DNA from: Kordiimonadaceae bacterium
GTDB lineage: Bacteria; Pseudomonadota; Alphaproteobacteria; Sphingomonadales; Emcibacteraceae
Direction: 5' to 3'
Assembly: GCA_018660225.1 (NCBI GenBank)
Contig: JABJKT010000055.1
Coordinates: forward strand, 641 to 64,640
DNA: 64,000 bases
The position numbers and the translations under genes are program-made. The notes under the pieces are model-generated. The model worked only from the letters and a program-made list of their open reading frames with translations, did no database searches and was not told the origin of the DNA. Position 1 is the stretch's first letter. Every line of letters begins with the position of its first letter. Below, one piece after another: positions 9,934 through 23,638 of the stretch.

Positions 9934-11742
9934 ATGCCATCTACCCTCGCTACTTCCATCCTCAAAGAGACCTTCGGCTTCGACGATTTCCGCGGGCGGC
10001 AGCTTGAGATAATTGAGGAGGTTTGCTCTGGGGGGAATGTTTTGGCGGTTATGCCGACCGGGGCGGGGAAGTCGCTTTGTTTTCAGGTTCCAGGGCTGCT
10101 TAAAGACGGTTTGGCGATTGTTGTGTCGCCGCTGATATCGCTTATGCAGAATCAGGTTGATGCGCTTAAGCTTGTGGGGGTTGAGGCGGAAACGATTAAT
10201 TCTGGTAATACGCCGGAAGTTAATAATCGGATTTGGCAGAAAATTAGAGCGGGAGAGCTTAAATTCCTTTATGTGTCGCCGGAAAAACTGATGACGGAGC
10301 AGATGCTGGATATGGTCGATGAGCTGAATGTCAGCCTGTTTGCTATTGATGAAGCGCACTGTGTGTCCCAGTGGGGGGCGGCGTTTCGCCCGGAATATGA
10401 AGACTTAAGTTTTCTACACGGGCGCTACCCGAATATTCCGATCATTGCCCTGACGGCGACGGCGGATCAGATGACGCGGGAGCAGATTTGCCAGAAAATT
10501 TTTTCGGATGATGTGACGACCTATCTGACCGGTTTTGATAGGCCGAATATTCAGCTTAATGTGGAAATAAAGAAAGGCTGGAAGGGGCAGCTTTTAAAAT
10601 TCATGAAGGGTCGCCCCAAAGAAAACGGCATTGTTTATTGCCTGTCGCGTAAAAAGACTGAAGAAGCGACAACTATATTGAATGAGGCTGGGTTTAATGC
10701 GGCAACCTATCATGCGGGGATGGCGAGCGCGGATCGCGAAGATAATTTAAACCGTTTTATGGCCGAGCCGGATCTCATTATGGTGGCGACGATTGCTTTT
10801 GGTATGGGAATTGATAAGCCGGATATCCGCTTTGTGTTTCATACGGACTTGCCGGGGTCGCCGGAAGCATATTACCAAGAAATTGGCCGGGCAGGGCGCG
10901 ACGGAGAGCCTGCGGTGGCCCATATGCTTTACGGTATGGATGATATCCGCATGCGGCGCATGTTCATTGAAAATGAAGACGCCGATGAAATGCACAGAAG
11001 ACGCGGTCATCAGCGGCTAAATTCTCTGCTTAGTTATTGTGAATCGCCGGCTTGTCGACGCAGTACTTTACTTGCTTATTTCGGTGACGAAATGAAAGCA
11101 GAGGCGTGCGGTAATTGTGATTTATGTCTTTCGCCGAGAGAGGTGGTTGAGGCCGTAGAAACCGGGCAGAAATTTATTTCAGCCGTCTACCGAACTGGTC
11201 AGACATTTGGTGTTGGCCATATTGTTAATATACTGACCGGGAAGTTATCGGAAAAAATTGAACAGCTTAAACATGATCTGTTGCCGACTTTTGCGGTGGG
11301 CAAGGATTTTACGGCAAATGAGTGGAAAGTGATTGCCCGCCAGCTTATGGCGCGGGGCTTTATTGTGGCGGATATGGAATATGGCTCGCTTAAAATTACC
11401 GAAAGCGGATTTTCACTGCTGAAGGGCGAGGAAAGTTTTAGTTACCGTCCTGATGTGACCTTTAAAGCGACCAAGAAAAGCGGCTCAAAGAAAACCCAGA
11501 AGATTGTCAGAGAACTTGCAGAGAACGATCAGGATTTATTTCTTAAGCTTAAAGATTTTCGAAAAGAAATTGCCGCCGCACGTTCGGTGCCGGCCTATAT
11601 TATATTTTCAGATAAAAGCCTGATCGATATGGCGGCGAACAGACCGGCAACTCTTGATCAGTTTGGTGATGTTTTTGGTGTTGGTGAGGGTAAGAAAAAA
11701 GAATTTGGTAAAAAATTCCTTGAATTTATTGCGGCCAGTTAA
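9934..11742 (+). CDS. recQ: ATP-dependent DNA helicase RecQ
   Basis: FGFDDFRGRQLEII, MPTGAGKSLCFQ (motif I), DEAHCVSQWG (DEAH box), zinc-binding C..C..C..C, RQC and C-terminal HRDC-like region. Start set at ATG 9934 rather than the upstream ORF-track start. Confidence 0.95.
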   Translation: MPSTLATSILKETFGFDDFRGRQLEIIEEVCSGGNVLAVMPTGAGKSLCFQVPGLLKDGLAIVVSPLISLMQNQVDALKLVGVEAETINSGNTPEVNNRIWQKIRAGELKFLYVSPEKLMTEQMLDMVDELNVSLFAIDEAHCVSQWGAAFRPEYEDLSFLHGRYPNIPIIALTATADQMTREQICQKIFSDDVTTYLTGFDRPNIQLNVEIKKGWKGQLLKFMKGRPKENGIVYCLSRKKTEEATTILNEAGFNAATYHAGMASADREDNLNRFMAEPDLIMVATIAFGMGIDKPDIRFVFHTDLPGSPEAYYQEIGRAGRDGEPAVAHMLYGMDDIRMRRMFIENEDADEMHRRRGHQRLNSLLSYCESPACRRSTLLAYFGDEMKAEACGNCDLCLSPREVVEAVETGQKFISAVYRTGQTFGVGHIVNILTGKLSEKIEQLKHDLLPTFAVGKDFTANEWKVIARQLMARGFIVADMEYGSLKITESGFSLLKGEESFSYRPDVTFKATKKSGSKKTQKIVRELAENDQDLFLKLKDFRKEIAAARSVPAYIIFSDKSLIDMAANRPATLDQFGDVFGVGEGKKKEFGKKFLEFIAAS

Positions 11743-12880
11743 CCCGGTCTAATCCCACAAATCTAGCGAGGCGATCTAGTTCCGCGGCAAGTTTTTTATG
11801 GCGCGGTGCTGACCATTTCACATTCGGTTCCTGCCAGAAGTTGGTTACGTTTAAGTTGCCTTTCTTACGGTCTGCTTTTAGTTCTATACGGCCGACAAAT
11901 TTATCGCCTTCAAGTAGCGGATATACATAATAGCCCCATAGGCGTTTTGCGGCCGGGACAAAAATTTCGATTTTATAATCAAAACCGAACAGTTTATTTA
12001 GGCGCGCCCGATCACGAATGGCTGGATCGAACGGGTTAATTATTCTTAAGCGCGAAGTGGGTGAGGTGAGATCATCCAGTCTTTTTAGAATATCTTTGGC
12101 GGCGATTGCCTGTAGCCATTTTCCGTCGTGGGTTTGCCATTCAATGGGTTCAATGTCAGTGTTTTTATGCCAACTTTCTACTTCTTTTAAGTCCGCAGCA
12201 TCCCAGAAGCTTTGGATTTCTTTCGCACTGGCGACGCTTAGCCTGTCAAGGGCAGCATGACAAAGCCAGTTTATTTGATCATTGTCGCTAAGCTTTTGTT
12301 CTTTAATATGTTTTGGAATGACGCGGTGTGAGAGATCATAAAATTTATTAAATTTTTCCCTGTGTGATGTGGCAAGTTCACCGGAAAACCACAAATAATC
12401 AAGGCCGATTTTATGAGGTGGGCGTGACCACATTTTCTTCTTTCCACGCGTTTTGGTTGAAAAGGCATGAGTGGAAAGTGGTCCTTCCTTTTCAATGCGG
12501 GATTTTATGGCGGGCACATCGGTGTAACTCAGCAGTTCTTGATATCTTTTAGATTTATCAACCCATTTTTTAAGCCGGACAAATTGTCTATTCCACATGG
12601 GGTAATAATCAAGCGGGATAACACTGGCATCATGGGTGAAATGCTCGAAAATATGTTTCTTTGCACTAAGCAGCTCATCAAGCATCGGCTCGCGGTAATT
12701 CTGGTTGCGGCTCCAGAGGATATGATGATGGGCGCGGCTGACATTCTGAATGGTATCAAGCTGAACAAAGCCGAGCTTTTTTATGATCGCCATCACATCG
12801 AGCGGTCCGGTAGGGGCCGTTCCAAGACCGGTGGTATTTAGCCAGAGTTTTCGCATGTCTGTGTTTTTTATTTTCAACAT
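11726..12880 (-). CDS. ycaQ: winged-helix DNA glycosylase, YcaQ/AlkZ family (interstrand-crosslink repair)
   Basis: N-terminal LGFVQLDTIQNVSRAHHHILWSRN and the overall ~380-aa architecture match the DUF1006/YcaQ family. The start could instead be the internal ATG (M9) at 12856. Confidence 0.7.
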   Translation of the reverse strand: MLKIKNTDMRKLWLNTTGLGTAPTGPLDVMAIIKKLGFVQLDTIQNVSRAHHHILWSRNQNYREPMLDELLSAKKHIFEHFTHDASVIPLDYYPMWNRQFVRLKKWVDKSKRYQELLSYTDVPAIKSRIEKEGPLSTHAFSTKTRGKKKMWSRPPHKIGLDYLWFSGELATSHREKFNKFYDLSHRVIPKHIKEQKLSDNDQINWLCHAALDRLSVASAKEIQSFWDAADLKEVESWHKNTDIEPIEWQTHDGKWLQAIAAKDILKRLDDLTSPTSRLRIINPFDPAIRDRARLNKLFGFDYKIEIFVPAAKRLWGYYVYPLLEGDKFVGRIELKADRKKGNLNVTNFWQEPNVKWSAPRHKKLAAELDRLARFVGLDRVNWPQ

Positions 12881-13524
12881 GCTTTTCGTTTCCGGTTAAA
12901 AATATACCAACCAGTCCAAAGAATGCTGGAGAGAAAGGCCCAGACGATTATCGCGGGTTCAGGGCTATTTATAGTGCTGAGGGAACCGGCATAAGCAGCA
13001 AAAAGGCAGTATGGAATAATGCTGATGGACCAGGCGGCGAGGAATTTTGGGTAAGCCATACCAGACATGCCGGCAATGACCGTTGTGACCTCAGGCAATA
13101 TAGGAACGGCGCGCGACAGCAGGATCATGACAAAGCCGTGCTGATTGAAACTGCTATGGAGTTCGTTTCTTTGTTCGGGGTCTTTCAGGAGGAAATTTAA
13201 TATTTTGTCGCCGAAAATGCGACCGAGAAAATACCCCGTGTTTCCGGCGATCTCTAAACCTATTATGGCGACGAGTGCCCCATATTGATAACCCATGAAG
13301 TGCCCGGCGAGTATGACCGTGGCCAGTGTTGGAATAGATATGAATAAGTCGATAAACATAAGCAGGATGACAAAGCCGCCCAGATAAAGCGGTGAAATGT
13401 TTCTAATTTGGTTAAACCAGATTTCAATTTTTTCTATACTGATGATGCCCGTCATTTGGATGAGGACAAATGTAGAGGCAGAGCAAAGGCCGATGATCAG
13501 TATGACTTTAAGAAGCGATCTCAT
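12874..13524 (-). CDS. TVP38/TMEM64 (DedA-related, VTT-domain) membrane protein
   Basis: About 5-6 TM helices with the central GxxxG/FxxR-type VTT-domain pattern ([19 protein letters not shown]). Confidence 0.7.
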
Positions 13525-14318
13525 TCAAGTTTCATCAGCATGATATTTTTAAAATCTATCGGGTGGCTTTCTGCCTGCAGGGCTATATAGCCGTCTTTAA
13601 GGGGCAGTGCTTCGGTGATGAAATGGGCGCTGTCTTCTTCAGCGGGGATAATTCTGGTTTTTTCATAATCAAAAACAAGCTCACCGTTGATGAAATGTCT
13701 TATTATCTCATCACCACGAACTTCTATTTCTAGGTTTACCCATTGGTCACCATTGTATGTTTTGGATGTTGAGTTGTAGCAATGTTCACTCATGAGAACG
13801 CCTTGAATATGAAAATCTGTACCGGGAGTACAGATGTTACCCGTATGGCGCTCCCCTTGACGCGGTCCAGGGCCTTCACCTAGGCCGCCTAGCAATTGTG
13901 CCTCGACCGAAGCGGGGAAATCCTGATCGAAATACATACTTTCAGGTGATTGGCTATGGAACATTACACCACTATTTCTTATGTTCCATTCTTCAGATTG
14001 CGCAACCTGATCGCCAGTGAAGCGGTAATCAAATTTGAGGCGGTAATGGGAAAGTTTTTCTTTGTAAAAAATATGGGCGTAGGCTTCATCGAAGGTAACA
14101 TAATTATCATAAACCACCCGCATCATGCCCTCTTCAACGCGGAATGTATCGCGGAAATTCACATCAATTTCCTGACCCGAAAATTTAATGGTCCAGCCAT
14201 CGAGGTCTTTACCGTTAAAAATGGAAATCCATTTTCCTTGCTGGGAATGTGCAGCGATAATTCCGGTGAGATTTATAAATAAGAACGCTAGTAAATATTT
14301 AAAAGATGTTTTGATCAT
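13521..14318 (-). CDS. exported DUF1080 (3-keto-disaccharide hydrolase-like) protein
   Basis: Signal peptide from ATG 14318, preceded by a [19 protein letters not shown] start and C-terminal [17 protein letters not shown] are hallmarks of PF06439. Confidence 0.8.
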
Positions 14319-14394
14319 GGGAGCCTCAAATTTTGTATTATTTAAAGCATAGCAAAATGGATAAGTAAATCCACCAATTATCATGTGTCTTTAA

Positions 14395-15489
14395 TTATTC
14401 AATGTTAATCCCGCTCATATCTTCAAATTTCCCCATAAAGCCCCAGCCGCCGAAATTTTCTTTAACGGCAAAGTAAACTTTATTTTGGCCTGGTTTTAAG
14501 GGCAGATAGACGCTGTCAAACAGGCCGATGGTGCCGAGATAGCGATAGTCGCGGGATTGGTAGATATTTGTTCCGCCTGAGATTGGCTGGCCGTTGATAT
14601 ATACGGTTACGTCGTCGCTGTACCCGAAGTTGATTTTTTTTACTTGTTCGGTCTCAGAATTTACATTTAAACGCACCAATACGGTATTATGATCTTCGCT
14701 ACGGGTGCGGTCGCGGGATATGTTAATGGCTCCCATGGTTTCAACATCATGCTCCGACCAGTTGCCTGAATAATTTTCGGGATTTATATCGTTGTCAGCA
14801 ATAACTTCTGAAAGATTGAATTTTTCAATCAGACCGTGGGGCCGTTCTTCGGGTATAAGGGCTTTGCCGGATAGTGCCGGACTTTCTAATTTCTCAAAGG
14901 AAAAATTGCTGTAATAAGCAGGGGCAAAGGTGGTGGTAACGCCAATTGTTCCAGCGCTTAAATTGGCTTTTAAATCACTAATGAATAAAACCGGCTCTTC
15001 GCTATCCACGTATATTTCTGCCTGATCACCGGAAACAATAATCTTTAGGTGCATCCACTGGTTATATTTTACTTCAAGTGCGACAGCATGCTGATTGCCA
15101 AAATAAAGCTGCCATCCAGTATCATGCCTGAAAACGGGGGTGTATTGGGTGCTATCTGTTTTATTGCTTAGATGGGGTCTTATGTAGAAATGTTCATATG
15201 ATCCGTTATCTTGCATACGCCATGCCGCGCCGGAAAACCCTCTGCTATCATCAGGGAATAGTAAATCAACTTCGATAATTCCGTCTTTAAATTCAGTGTC
15301 TTTTAGAAACGCACCGCCGGTGGAAGTATATAAGGCAATTTGGCCTTTGTGTTTTACGACGGCTGTATCTTCACCTTCGAGCATCCAGCGTGGATCATTG
15401 AAGGGGATCGTTTCCGCCGTTGCAAAAGCTAAATGAGTAATTTGGCATAGAAGAAAATATATTATAAAATAAACGAGTTTTTGAACCAT
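14395..15489 (-). CDS. secreted concanavalin-A-like lectin/glucanase-fold protein (DUF1080-related N-terminal half)
   Basis: Sec signal (ITHLAFATA-ET). The N-terminal half has the jelly-roll pattern (WMHLKIIVSGDQAEIYVD). The C-terminal half is unrecognised. Confidence 0.55.
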   Translation of the reverse strand: MVQKLVYFIIYFLLCQITHLAFATAETIPFNDPRWMLEGEDTAVVKHKGQIALYTSTGGAFLKDTEFKDGIIEVDLLFPDDSRGFSGAAWRMQDNGSYEHFYIRPHLSNKTDSTQYTPVFRHDTGWQLYFGNQHAVALEVKYNQWMHLKIIVSGDQAEIYVDSEEPVLFISDLKANLSAGTIGVTTTFAPAYYSNFSFEKLESPALSGKALIPEERPHGLIEKFNLSEVIADNDINPENYSGNWSEHDVETMGAINISRDRTRSEDHNTVLVRLNVNSETEQVKKINFGYSDDVTVYINGQPISGGTNIYQSRDYRYLGTIGLFDSVYLPLKPGQNKVYFAVKENFGGWGFMGKFEDMSGINIE

Positions 15490-15535
15490 TTTTAATCCTG
15501 ACTAATTGAATTTTGTCAAAATTATCAGTTTTAAA

Positions 15536-16372
15536 TTAAATTGGATTGGAAAAAACGGACTCGGCTACTCTCACGCTCATTAACTGACTGGGGGTCAGAT
15601 TTGAAATAGCTTTAAAATCGTTGATCAAATGGGCTTGGTCAAAATAGCCAAAATTAACTGCACAGTCAGACCAGTTAATATTGCTGGCCTGATCAGCATA
15701 TTCGAGCGTTTTTAGAAAGCGGATGTTGCGGCTTAGTGATTTTGGACTCATGCTGATCATATTTTGCACCGTTCTGCGTAACTGCCTTTCTGATACATTA
15801 AGATGTTTTGCTAGGTGTTTTTGACGCATGGTGCCGCCACTGCGGCGGATCATCTCAACTGCTTGTGCACCATAAAGGGGTGGTTTATATCTATTCATGT
15901 GTTCATAGGCATAATTCTTGATTATACTGTACATATCAAAGAGCATTTCAGGTGTTGATTTACGCGTTTCGAAAATGGATAATAATCTGGCTGATAATTC
16001 AGGTGAGATTTCTTCTAAATTTACATCATAATTGAGTATATCATCCGCTGATACACCAAGCAGACATGGAAGCCATTCCGGTTTTATTCGTACGGCTATC
16101 ATTTCATGACCTGGAGTTAGTGTGAACCTGAACGGCTGATTTATCGGTCCAAATAATTCAACCCTTTCAAACGACGTTGATCCGGTATCATTAAATCTGC
16201 GTGAAATGGCTATATTTGGCGTTGATTCTGGCACTAGATGGTGAATTCCACCAATCGGCGCATTGAATGGCGTAACATGAGCCCATAGAGCTTCAACCAG
16301 AAAATTGGGCTGCTTAGGGCGGTATTCATGATAACCGCTCATGTTATAGATTTTAACGATCGAATTGCTCAT
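15536..16372 (-). CDS. AraC-family transcriptional regulator
   Basis: C-terminal double HTH (LAKHLNVSERQLRRTVQ ... FGYFDQAHLINDFKAISNLTPSQ). The start is uncertain; ATG 16372 was chosen and the ORF track extends to 16462. Confidence 0.8.
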   Translation of the reverse strand: MSNSIVKIYNMSGYHEYRPKQPNFLVEALWAHVTPFNAPIGGIHHLVPESTPNIAISRRFNDTGSTSFERVELFGPINQPFRFTLTPGHEMIAVRIKPEWLPCLLGVSADDILNYDVNLEEISPELSARLLSIFETRKSTPEMLFDMYSIIKNYAYEHMNRYKPPLYGAQAVEMIRRSGGTMRQKHLAKHLNVSERQLRRTVQNMISMSPKSLSRNIRFLKTLEYADQASNINWSDCAVNFGYFDQAHLINDFKAISNLTPSQLMSVRVAESVFSNPI

Positions 16373-16478
16373 ATAGGAAGAGTTGCACAGCAACCCGAAT
16401 TTTTCAATAAATTTTATTGATGGAACTGCGGAAGTGTTTATTGTCATTATATATAACAACAAACAGCAGGAGCGACTA

Positions 16479-17075
16479 ATGTCAGAAGAAAAGTTTTTTC
16501 ACGTAGGGGACCGAAGCAATGAACCAATTGCACCAAGCCAGTTTGAAGTAGGACCGTTTACGAAAGCGCGCCATCCTGAACCTTACCGCTTTGATGTGAA
16601 TTTGGTTGCTGAAGCGGGCAACATGCAGTCAAAAACAGGGACTGTATCGGTTAATATTCCCGGCTTTAGTCCCGTGACGCTTTACTGTGATGAGCAGCCA
16701 CCCGTTGGCGAGGACACAGCGCCGCCACCACTGGCATTTTTTGCGGCCGGAATTGGCTTTTGTTTGATGACGCATCTGACGGATATTCTAACGGCCCGTA
16801 AAATACAGGTTGATAGTCTTAAATTAGAGCAGCGCATTCAATTTAGAACCAATTTAGGTCATATGCGTGAACATGGTTATATGACGGAGGGAGGATGCGA
16901 TATGGTTGAAACCCATGTAATCATCGATAGTCCTGAATCAAAGGAAAAGATAATGGATTTACTGAGTGAGGCAGAAGGTGGCTGCATGGCCCATTATGCC
17001 CTTAGAAATCCAATTCCATGGTCAACAAGGCTTGTTTATAATGGTGAAGAAGCGGTTAGTCGCTCCGGGAATTAA
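16479..17075 (+). CDS. OsmC/Ohr-like protein with N-terminal extension
   Basis: PPPLAFFAAGIGFCLMTHL and a C-terminal GGCMAHYALRN cysteine-containing segment resemble the OsmC fold. Start set at MSEEKFF (16479). Confidence 0.55.
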   Translation: MSEEKFFHVGDRSNEPIAPSQFEVGPFTKARHPEPYRFDVNLVAEAGNMQSKTGTVSVNIPGFSPVTLYCDEQPPVGEDTAPPPLAFFAAGIGFCLMTHLTDILTARKIQVDSLKLEQRIQFRTNLGHMREHGYMTEGGCDMVETHVIIDSPESKEKIMDLLSEAEGGCMAHYALRNPIPWSTRLVYNGEEAVSRSGN

Positions 17076-17079
17076 ACAA

Positions 17080-18828
17080 ATGAAAATATTAAAACCCCTT
17101 TTGACATTTTTCGCAGCAATCGTCCTGTTTAGTGGTTGTGAGCAAAATCAAGTCGTATCTGAAACTGCAGATAGAATTATTCATAATGGACATGTTTATA
17201 GCTTTTTGTGGGGTGAGCCGGACGGCGAAGGCGTTCCTGCAAGTGATGCTCCGTATCAGAATGGCGTTTGGTCAAGTGATGGCGAGGCTATTGCCATAAA
17301 GGACGGCAATATATTATTTGTTGGAGCCAATGATGACGTTATGGCCTTTAGTGGCGCCGGGACAGAGCTTATTGATGCTGGTGGTGGATATGTTTATCCC
17401 GGATTTGTCGATGCTCATAGTCACATAACGGGGCTTGTTGCTGATGAAAAATTTATCAGAATTAACGGTGCTGCTAACGAAGACGAAGCAATAGAAATAA
17501 TCATTGCAGCGACTAAAGATCGGGAACTTGCCATTGGAGAATGGATAATAGGCGGTGGTTGGGACGAAGGGGAATGGATGAATATCCTGCCCAATGAAAA
17601 ACGGCTGACCGAGCTTTTCCCTGATAATCCTGTGCTTATGGGCGGTGAAACAGGTTTTGGTTATTGGGGCAATAAAAAAGCTTTAGAAGCCGCAGGGTTT
17701 GACCGGGATACAGAAGCCCCGGTTAAAGGCACATTTACCCGTTACGAAGACGGTGAGCTTTCCGGTATCGCACTTGACGAAGCAGGGCGTGTCTGGCGGC
17801 GTATATTGCCCGCTGAAACCATTGATGAACGTAAGGACACGCTTGTAAAAGCAATGAATATTATGGCATCCGACGGTTTTACCATGACCCATGATGCGGG
17901 GACGGCATCCTTAAGTATGGCGGCATTTGAAGCTCTGGATACAGAAGAAAATATGCCGATACGTATTTATGCGATGGTTGACCGCGCCGACGCAAAACTT
18001 GTTGATGAATGGACGGCAAAGGGACCAATGAGCTATCCAAGCAATATGCTGTTTGTCCGTTCTATGAAATCAGGACTTGACGGGACACTGGGTGTTAGAA
18101 GCGCAAGATTTCTTGAACCTTACAGTGATATGCCGGAACATTCCGGCCTTGATGAGAACTGGACCATGCAGATAGGACAGATGGACCAAATGATCCAAGC
18201 CGGTTTTCAGATAAATACCCATGCTATTGGTGATAAAGCGAACCGGGAAATTCTGGAATTCCTAGAGAAGAATTATGCCATCAATCCCGACCTTAGAAAC
18301 CTTCGTCACCGCTCTGAACACGCCTCTGTAATTCATCCGGATGATTATAAAAGATGGGTTGAACTTAACGTTATCGCCTCAGCGCAGCCGCCTTATGTGT
18401 CAGAAGATCCGCCTTGGGCGCTAAGCCGCATTGGTGAGGAGAGGGCAAAGGACATGTATGCCTGGCGTAAAATGAGGCGTCTAGGAATTCCGCTTGCTTT
18501 TGGTTCTGATCTGGATAGCTATGATCATAATATCTTTTACGGTATTTACGGCGCAATCACAAGGGCGGATAAAAAAGGCATACCCGTTGGTGGTTTTATG
18601 CCCCATGAGGCACTAACATCCGAGGAAGCGATCCGTGGTTACACCAATTGGGCCGCCTATAGCGCCCATGTGGAAAATGAGGTCGGACAGCTTAAAGCCG
18701 GCATGTGGGCCGATATTGCGGTGGTTGATAAAGATTTGCTAAATGTAGGCAGCAGCAATCCAGCAGATTTACTAAATGGCAAAATAATAATGACCATCGT
18801 TGGTGGCAAGGTTATTTATAAAAACTAG
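17080..18828 (+). CDS. amidohydrolase-3 family (YtcJ-like) lipoprotein
   Basis: Lipobox LFSGC after MKILKPLL. PGFVDAHSH metal motif, internal HAIGD, C-terminal ADIAVVDKD pattern. Confidence 0.8.
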   Translation: MKILKPLLTFFAAIVLFSGCEQNQVVSETADRIIHNGHVYSFLWGEPDGEGVPASDAPYQNGVWSSDGEAIAIKDGNILFVGANDDVMAFSGAGTELIDAGGGYVYPGFVDAHSHITGLVADEKFIRINGAANEDEAIEIIIAATKDRELAIGEWIIGGGWDEGEWMNILPNEKRLTELFPDNPVLMGGETGFGYWGNKKALEAAGFDRDTEAPVKGTFTRYEDGELSGIALDEAGRVWRRILPAETIDERKDTLVKAMNIMASDGFTMTHDAGTASLSMAAFEALDTEENMPIRIYAMVDRADAKLVDEWTAKGPMSYPSNMLFVRSMKSGLDGTLGVRSARFLEPYSDMPEHSGLDENWTMQIGQMDQMIQAGFQINTHAIGDKANREILEFLEKNYAINPDLRNLRHRSEHASVIHPDDYKRWVELNVIASAQPPYVSEDPPWALSRIGEERAKDMYAWRKMRRLGIPLAFGSDLDSYDHNIFYGIYGAITRADKKGIPVGGFMPHEALTSEEAIRGYTNWAAYSAHVENEVGQLKAGMWADIAVVDKDLLNVGSSNPADLLNGKIIMTIVGGKVIYKN

Positions 18829-19907
18829 CCTTTAATTTGTACTAAGTTATAAAGAAGATCGCCCTGAGAAACCACGCGGCGCACCAGTAGTTCATGGACG
18901 ACGCCGTTTATGGGGGAGTGGAGTTCTTCTAATACACTGCCATCAAGTCCTGTTACCCGGCCAATGAGTTGTCCTTTTTTCAAGATGTCCCCCTGATCGG
19001 CTATGCCTTGAAAAGTGCCGAAGCTTTTGGCGCGCACCTGATCAAAGCCTACTGTGAATTCTTTTTGGTTTTGGTGGATTATTGGGCTGCCCGCCATCAT
19101 GTTGAAATGCTTCATAATGTTGGTTACGGCAGAAATATGGGAATTGATAAAATCTTCTTCGGCTTGGGTTTTATAACCTAGACCACACTGGGTGATAATG
19201 CTGGGAATGCCTGCTTGGGATGCTTCATAAACAAGGCTTCTCGGGTCAACGTCCCGTGCTTGAAAATATTCAAAACCGCAGGCGCGGGACATATCTTCTG
19301 ATATACGATTGGTCTCTCTATCCGCGTTATTGGGGTGGATTGAATGGATCACGTGGGATTCAGATAAATCACCACCACGCAGATCAATATGATAGTCGGA
19401 TTTCATAACCAGTTCGTTAAAAACATAGTGAGCCAGAACTTCGGTTGGTGAGCCATCCTTGTTGCCGGGAAAAACCCCATTCAGGCTTTTGCCGTCGCGT
19501 GGGCTGACACCGGAGGAAAGATTAAACATAGGCGTTCTGAATTGAAACGCGTCTAGGGTGATAACGGGAATAATGATCAGCCTGCCTGATATATCCTTAG
19601 GATCAAAATCGCGGTACATGCGTGATGCGGCCTCAACACCAGAAAATTCGGTGGCAAATAAGCCGCCCGTGACGATTAGAGTGGGACCATCTTTCGCACC
19701 GTTGATAACGCCGACGGGCATATCAATGCGGGCAGCGTCGTTATTTAAAATATTGTGAAAGTTGAACTGCTTGGTGCCGCTTATGACATCAAAGGGGAGC
19801 GTATCGTTATTTTCCTGCGCCCCTGCTGACATGCTGCTTGCGGCAAGTGCGCCAATTGCTGTGGTGGTGCCGATGGCAAATTCGCGTCTTGTTAATGATT
19901 TATCCAT
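18825..19907 (-). CDS. Tat-exported succinylglutamate desuccinylase/aspartoacylase (AstE/AspA, M14-like) family deacylase
   Basis: Twin-arginine signal LTRREFAIGTTTAIGALAASS. GGLFATEFSG..., DLRGG pattern of the AstE/AspA family. Confidence 0.75.
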   Translation of the reverse strand: MDKSLTRREFAIGTTTAIGALAASSMSAGAQENNDTLPFDVISGTKQFNFHNILNNDAARIDMPVGVINGAKDGPTLIVTGGLFATEFSGVEAASRMYRDFDPKDISGRLIIIPVITLDAFQFRTPMFNLSSGVSPRDGKSLNGVFPGNKDGSPTEVLAHYVFNELVMKSDYHIDLRGGDLSESHVIHSIHPNNADRETNRISEDMSRACGFEYFQARDVDPRSLVYEASQAGIPSIITQCGLGYKTQAEEDFINSHISAVTNIMKHFNMMAGSPIIHQNQKEFTVGFDQVRAKSFGTFQGIADQGDILKKGQLIGRVTGLDGSVLEELHSPINGVVHELLVRRVVSQGDLLYNLVQIKG

Positions 19908-20024
19908 TTTTATTCTCCCTATGATTAAATGAGCTTAGTCAGGGCTTCCAATAAAAGCAAGAATATCAATTGATCTGAAAAATCTAATTCTCTAAGGTGA
20001 TTGAGTAATATTTAGGAGATTAAA

Positions 20025-20947
20025 ATGCCGCGCGATGATGAGATGTTAGATAATTGGTGGGATGAGGCGTATTCAGGGCCAATGAGCTTTATGCGTTTTA
20101 AATTTTCTAAAGATTTGGCAAATGCGGATATTGCCGTTCTTGGCGTGCCATATGACCTTGGTACAACGAACCGTCCGGGGGCGCGGTTTGGCCCGCGTGC
20201 CATGCGCGAGCAATCAACACTTACCGGTGAATTTGAATATGGGCTGTGGCCTTGGGATTATCATATCGCCGAGCATCATACAGTGATTGATTATGGTGAT
20301 ATCTGTAATTTTGTCGGTTATCCGCAGCGGATGATTGATGTGCTTGAAGAAACTGTCGATAAAATAATAGCAAGCGATACGGTTTGTTTTTCTATGGGCG
20401 GGGATCATTTTATTTCGCTGCCGCTGCTTCGGTCCCATGTTAGGAAGCATGGTCCTGTTGCGCTTATTCATTTTGATGCCCATTCAGACACATGGGTAGA
20501 TGATGATTATAATCACGGCACCATGTTTTATCATGCCATCAAAGAAGGGCTGCTTGATCTAGAGCATTCCATTCATGTGGGGCTTAGAACACCAAATCCG
20601 GAAACCCACGGTATTGAAATTATTTTTGCTGATGAACTAGATGAAATGAAAGCATCAGAAGCGGCAACGCGGATTAGAGACCGTGTTGGGGATAAAAAAG
20701 CTTACCTTACATTTGATATTGATTTTCTTGATCCGGCTTATGCACCGGGAACAGGGACGCCGGTTTCGGGCGGTCCTACTGTAATGATGGGGCGTAAAAT
20801 ATTGAAGGGCCTTAAAGGGCTTAATATAATAGGGGCTGATCTTGTAGAAATTGCCCCGGCTTATGATCCGATTGGAAATGTAACGGCGGTGGCGGGGGCG
20901 ACGCTAGGCGGTGATATTCTTTATCTACTTTCAGAGGCGCTCAGGAA

Positions 20948-20951
<4 letters not shown>
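20025..20951 (+). CDS. ureohydrolase of the agmatinase/guanidino-acid hydrolase family
   Basis: Mn-binding motifs GGDHFISLPLL, IHFDAHSDTW, FDIDFLDPAYAPGTGTP. AGGAG SD upstream. Substrate not assignable from sequence. Confidence 0.85.
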
Positions 20952-23571
<2,620 letters not shown>

Positions 23572-23638
23572 TGAGTTTTGATTTGAACTCGTGCCCTACT
23601 TTCTCTAAGGTTATGAGACACAAGAAAAGGGACTTTCC

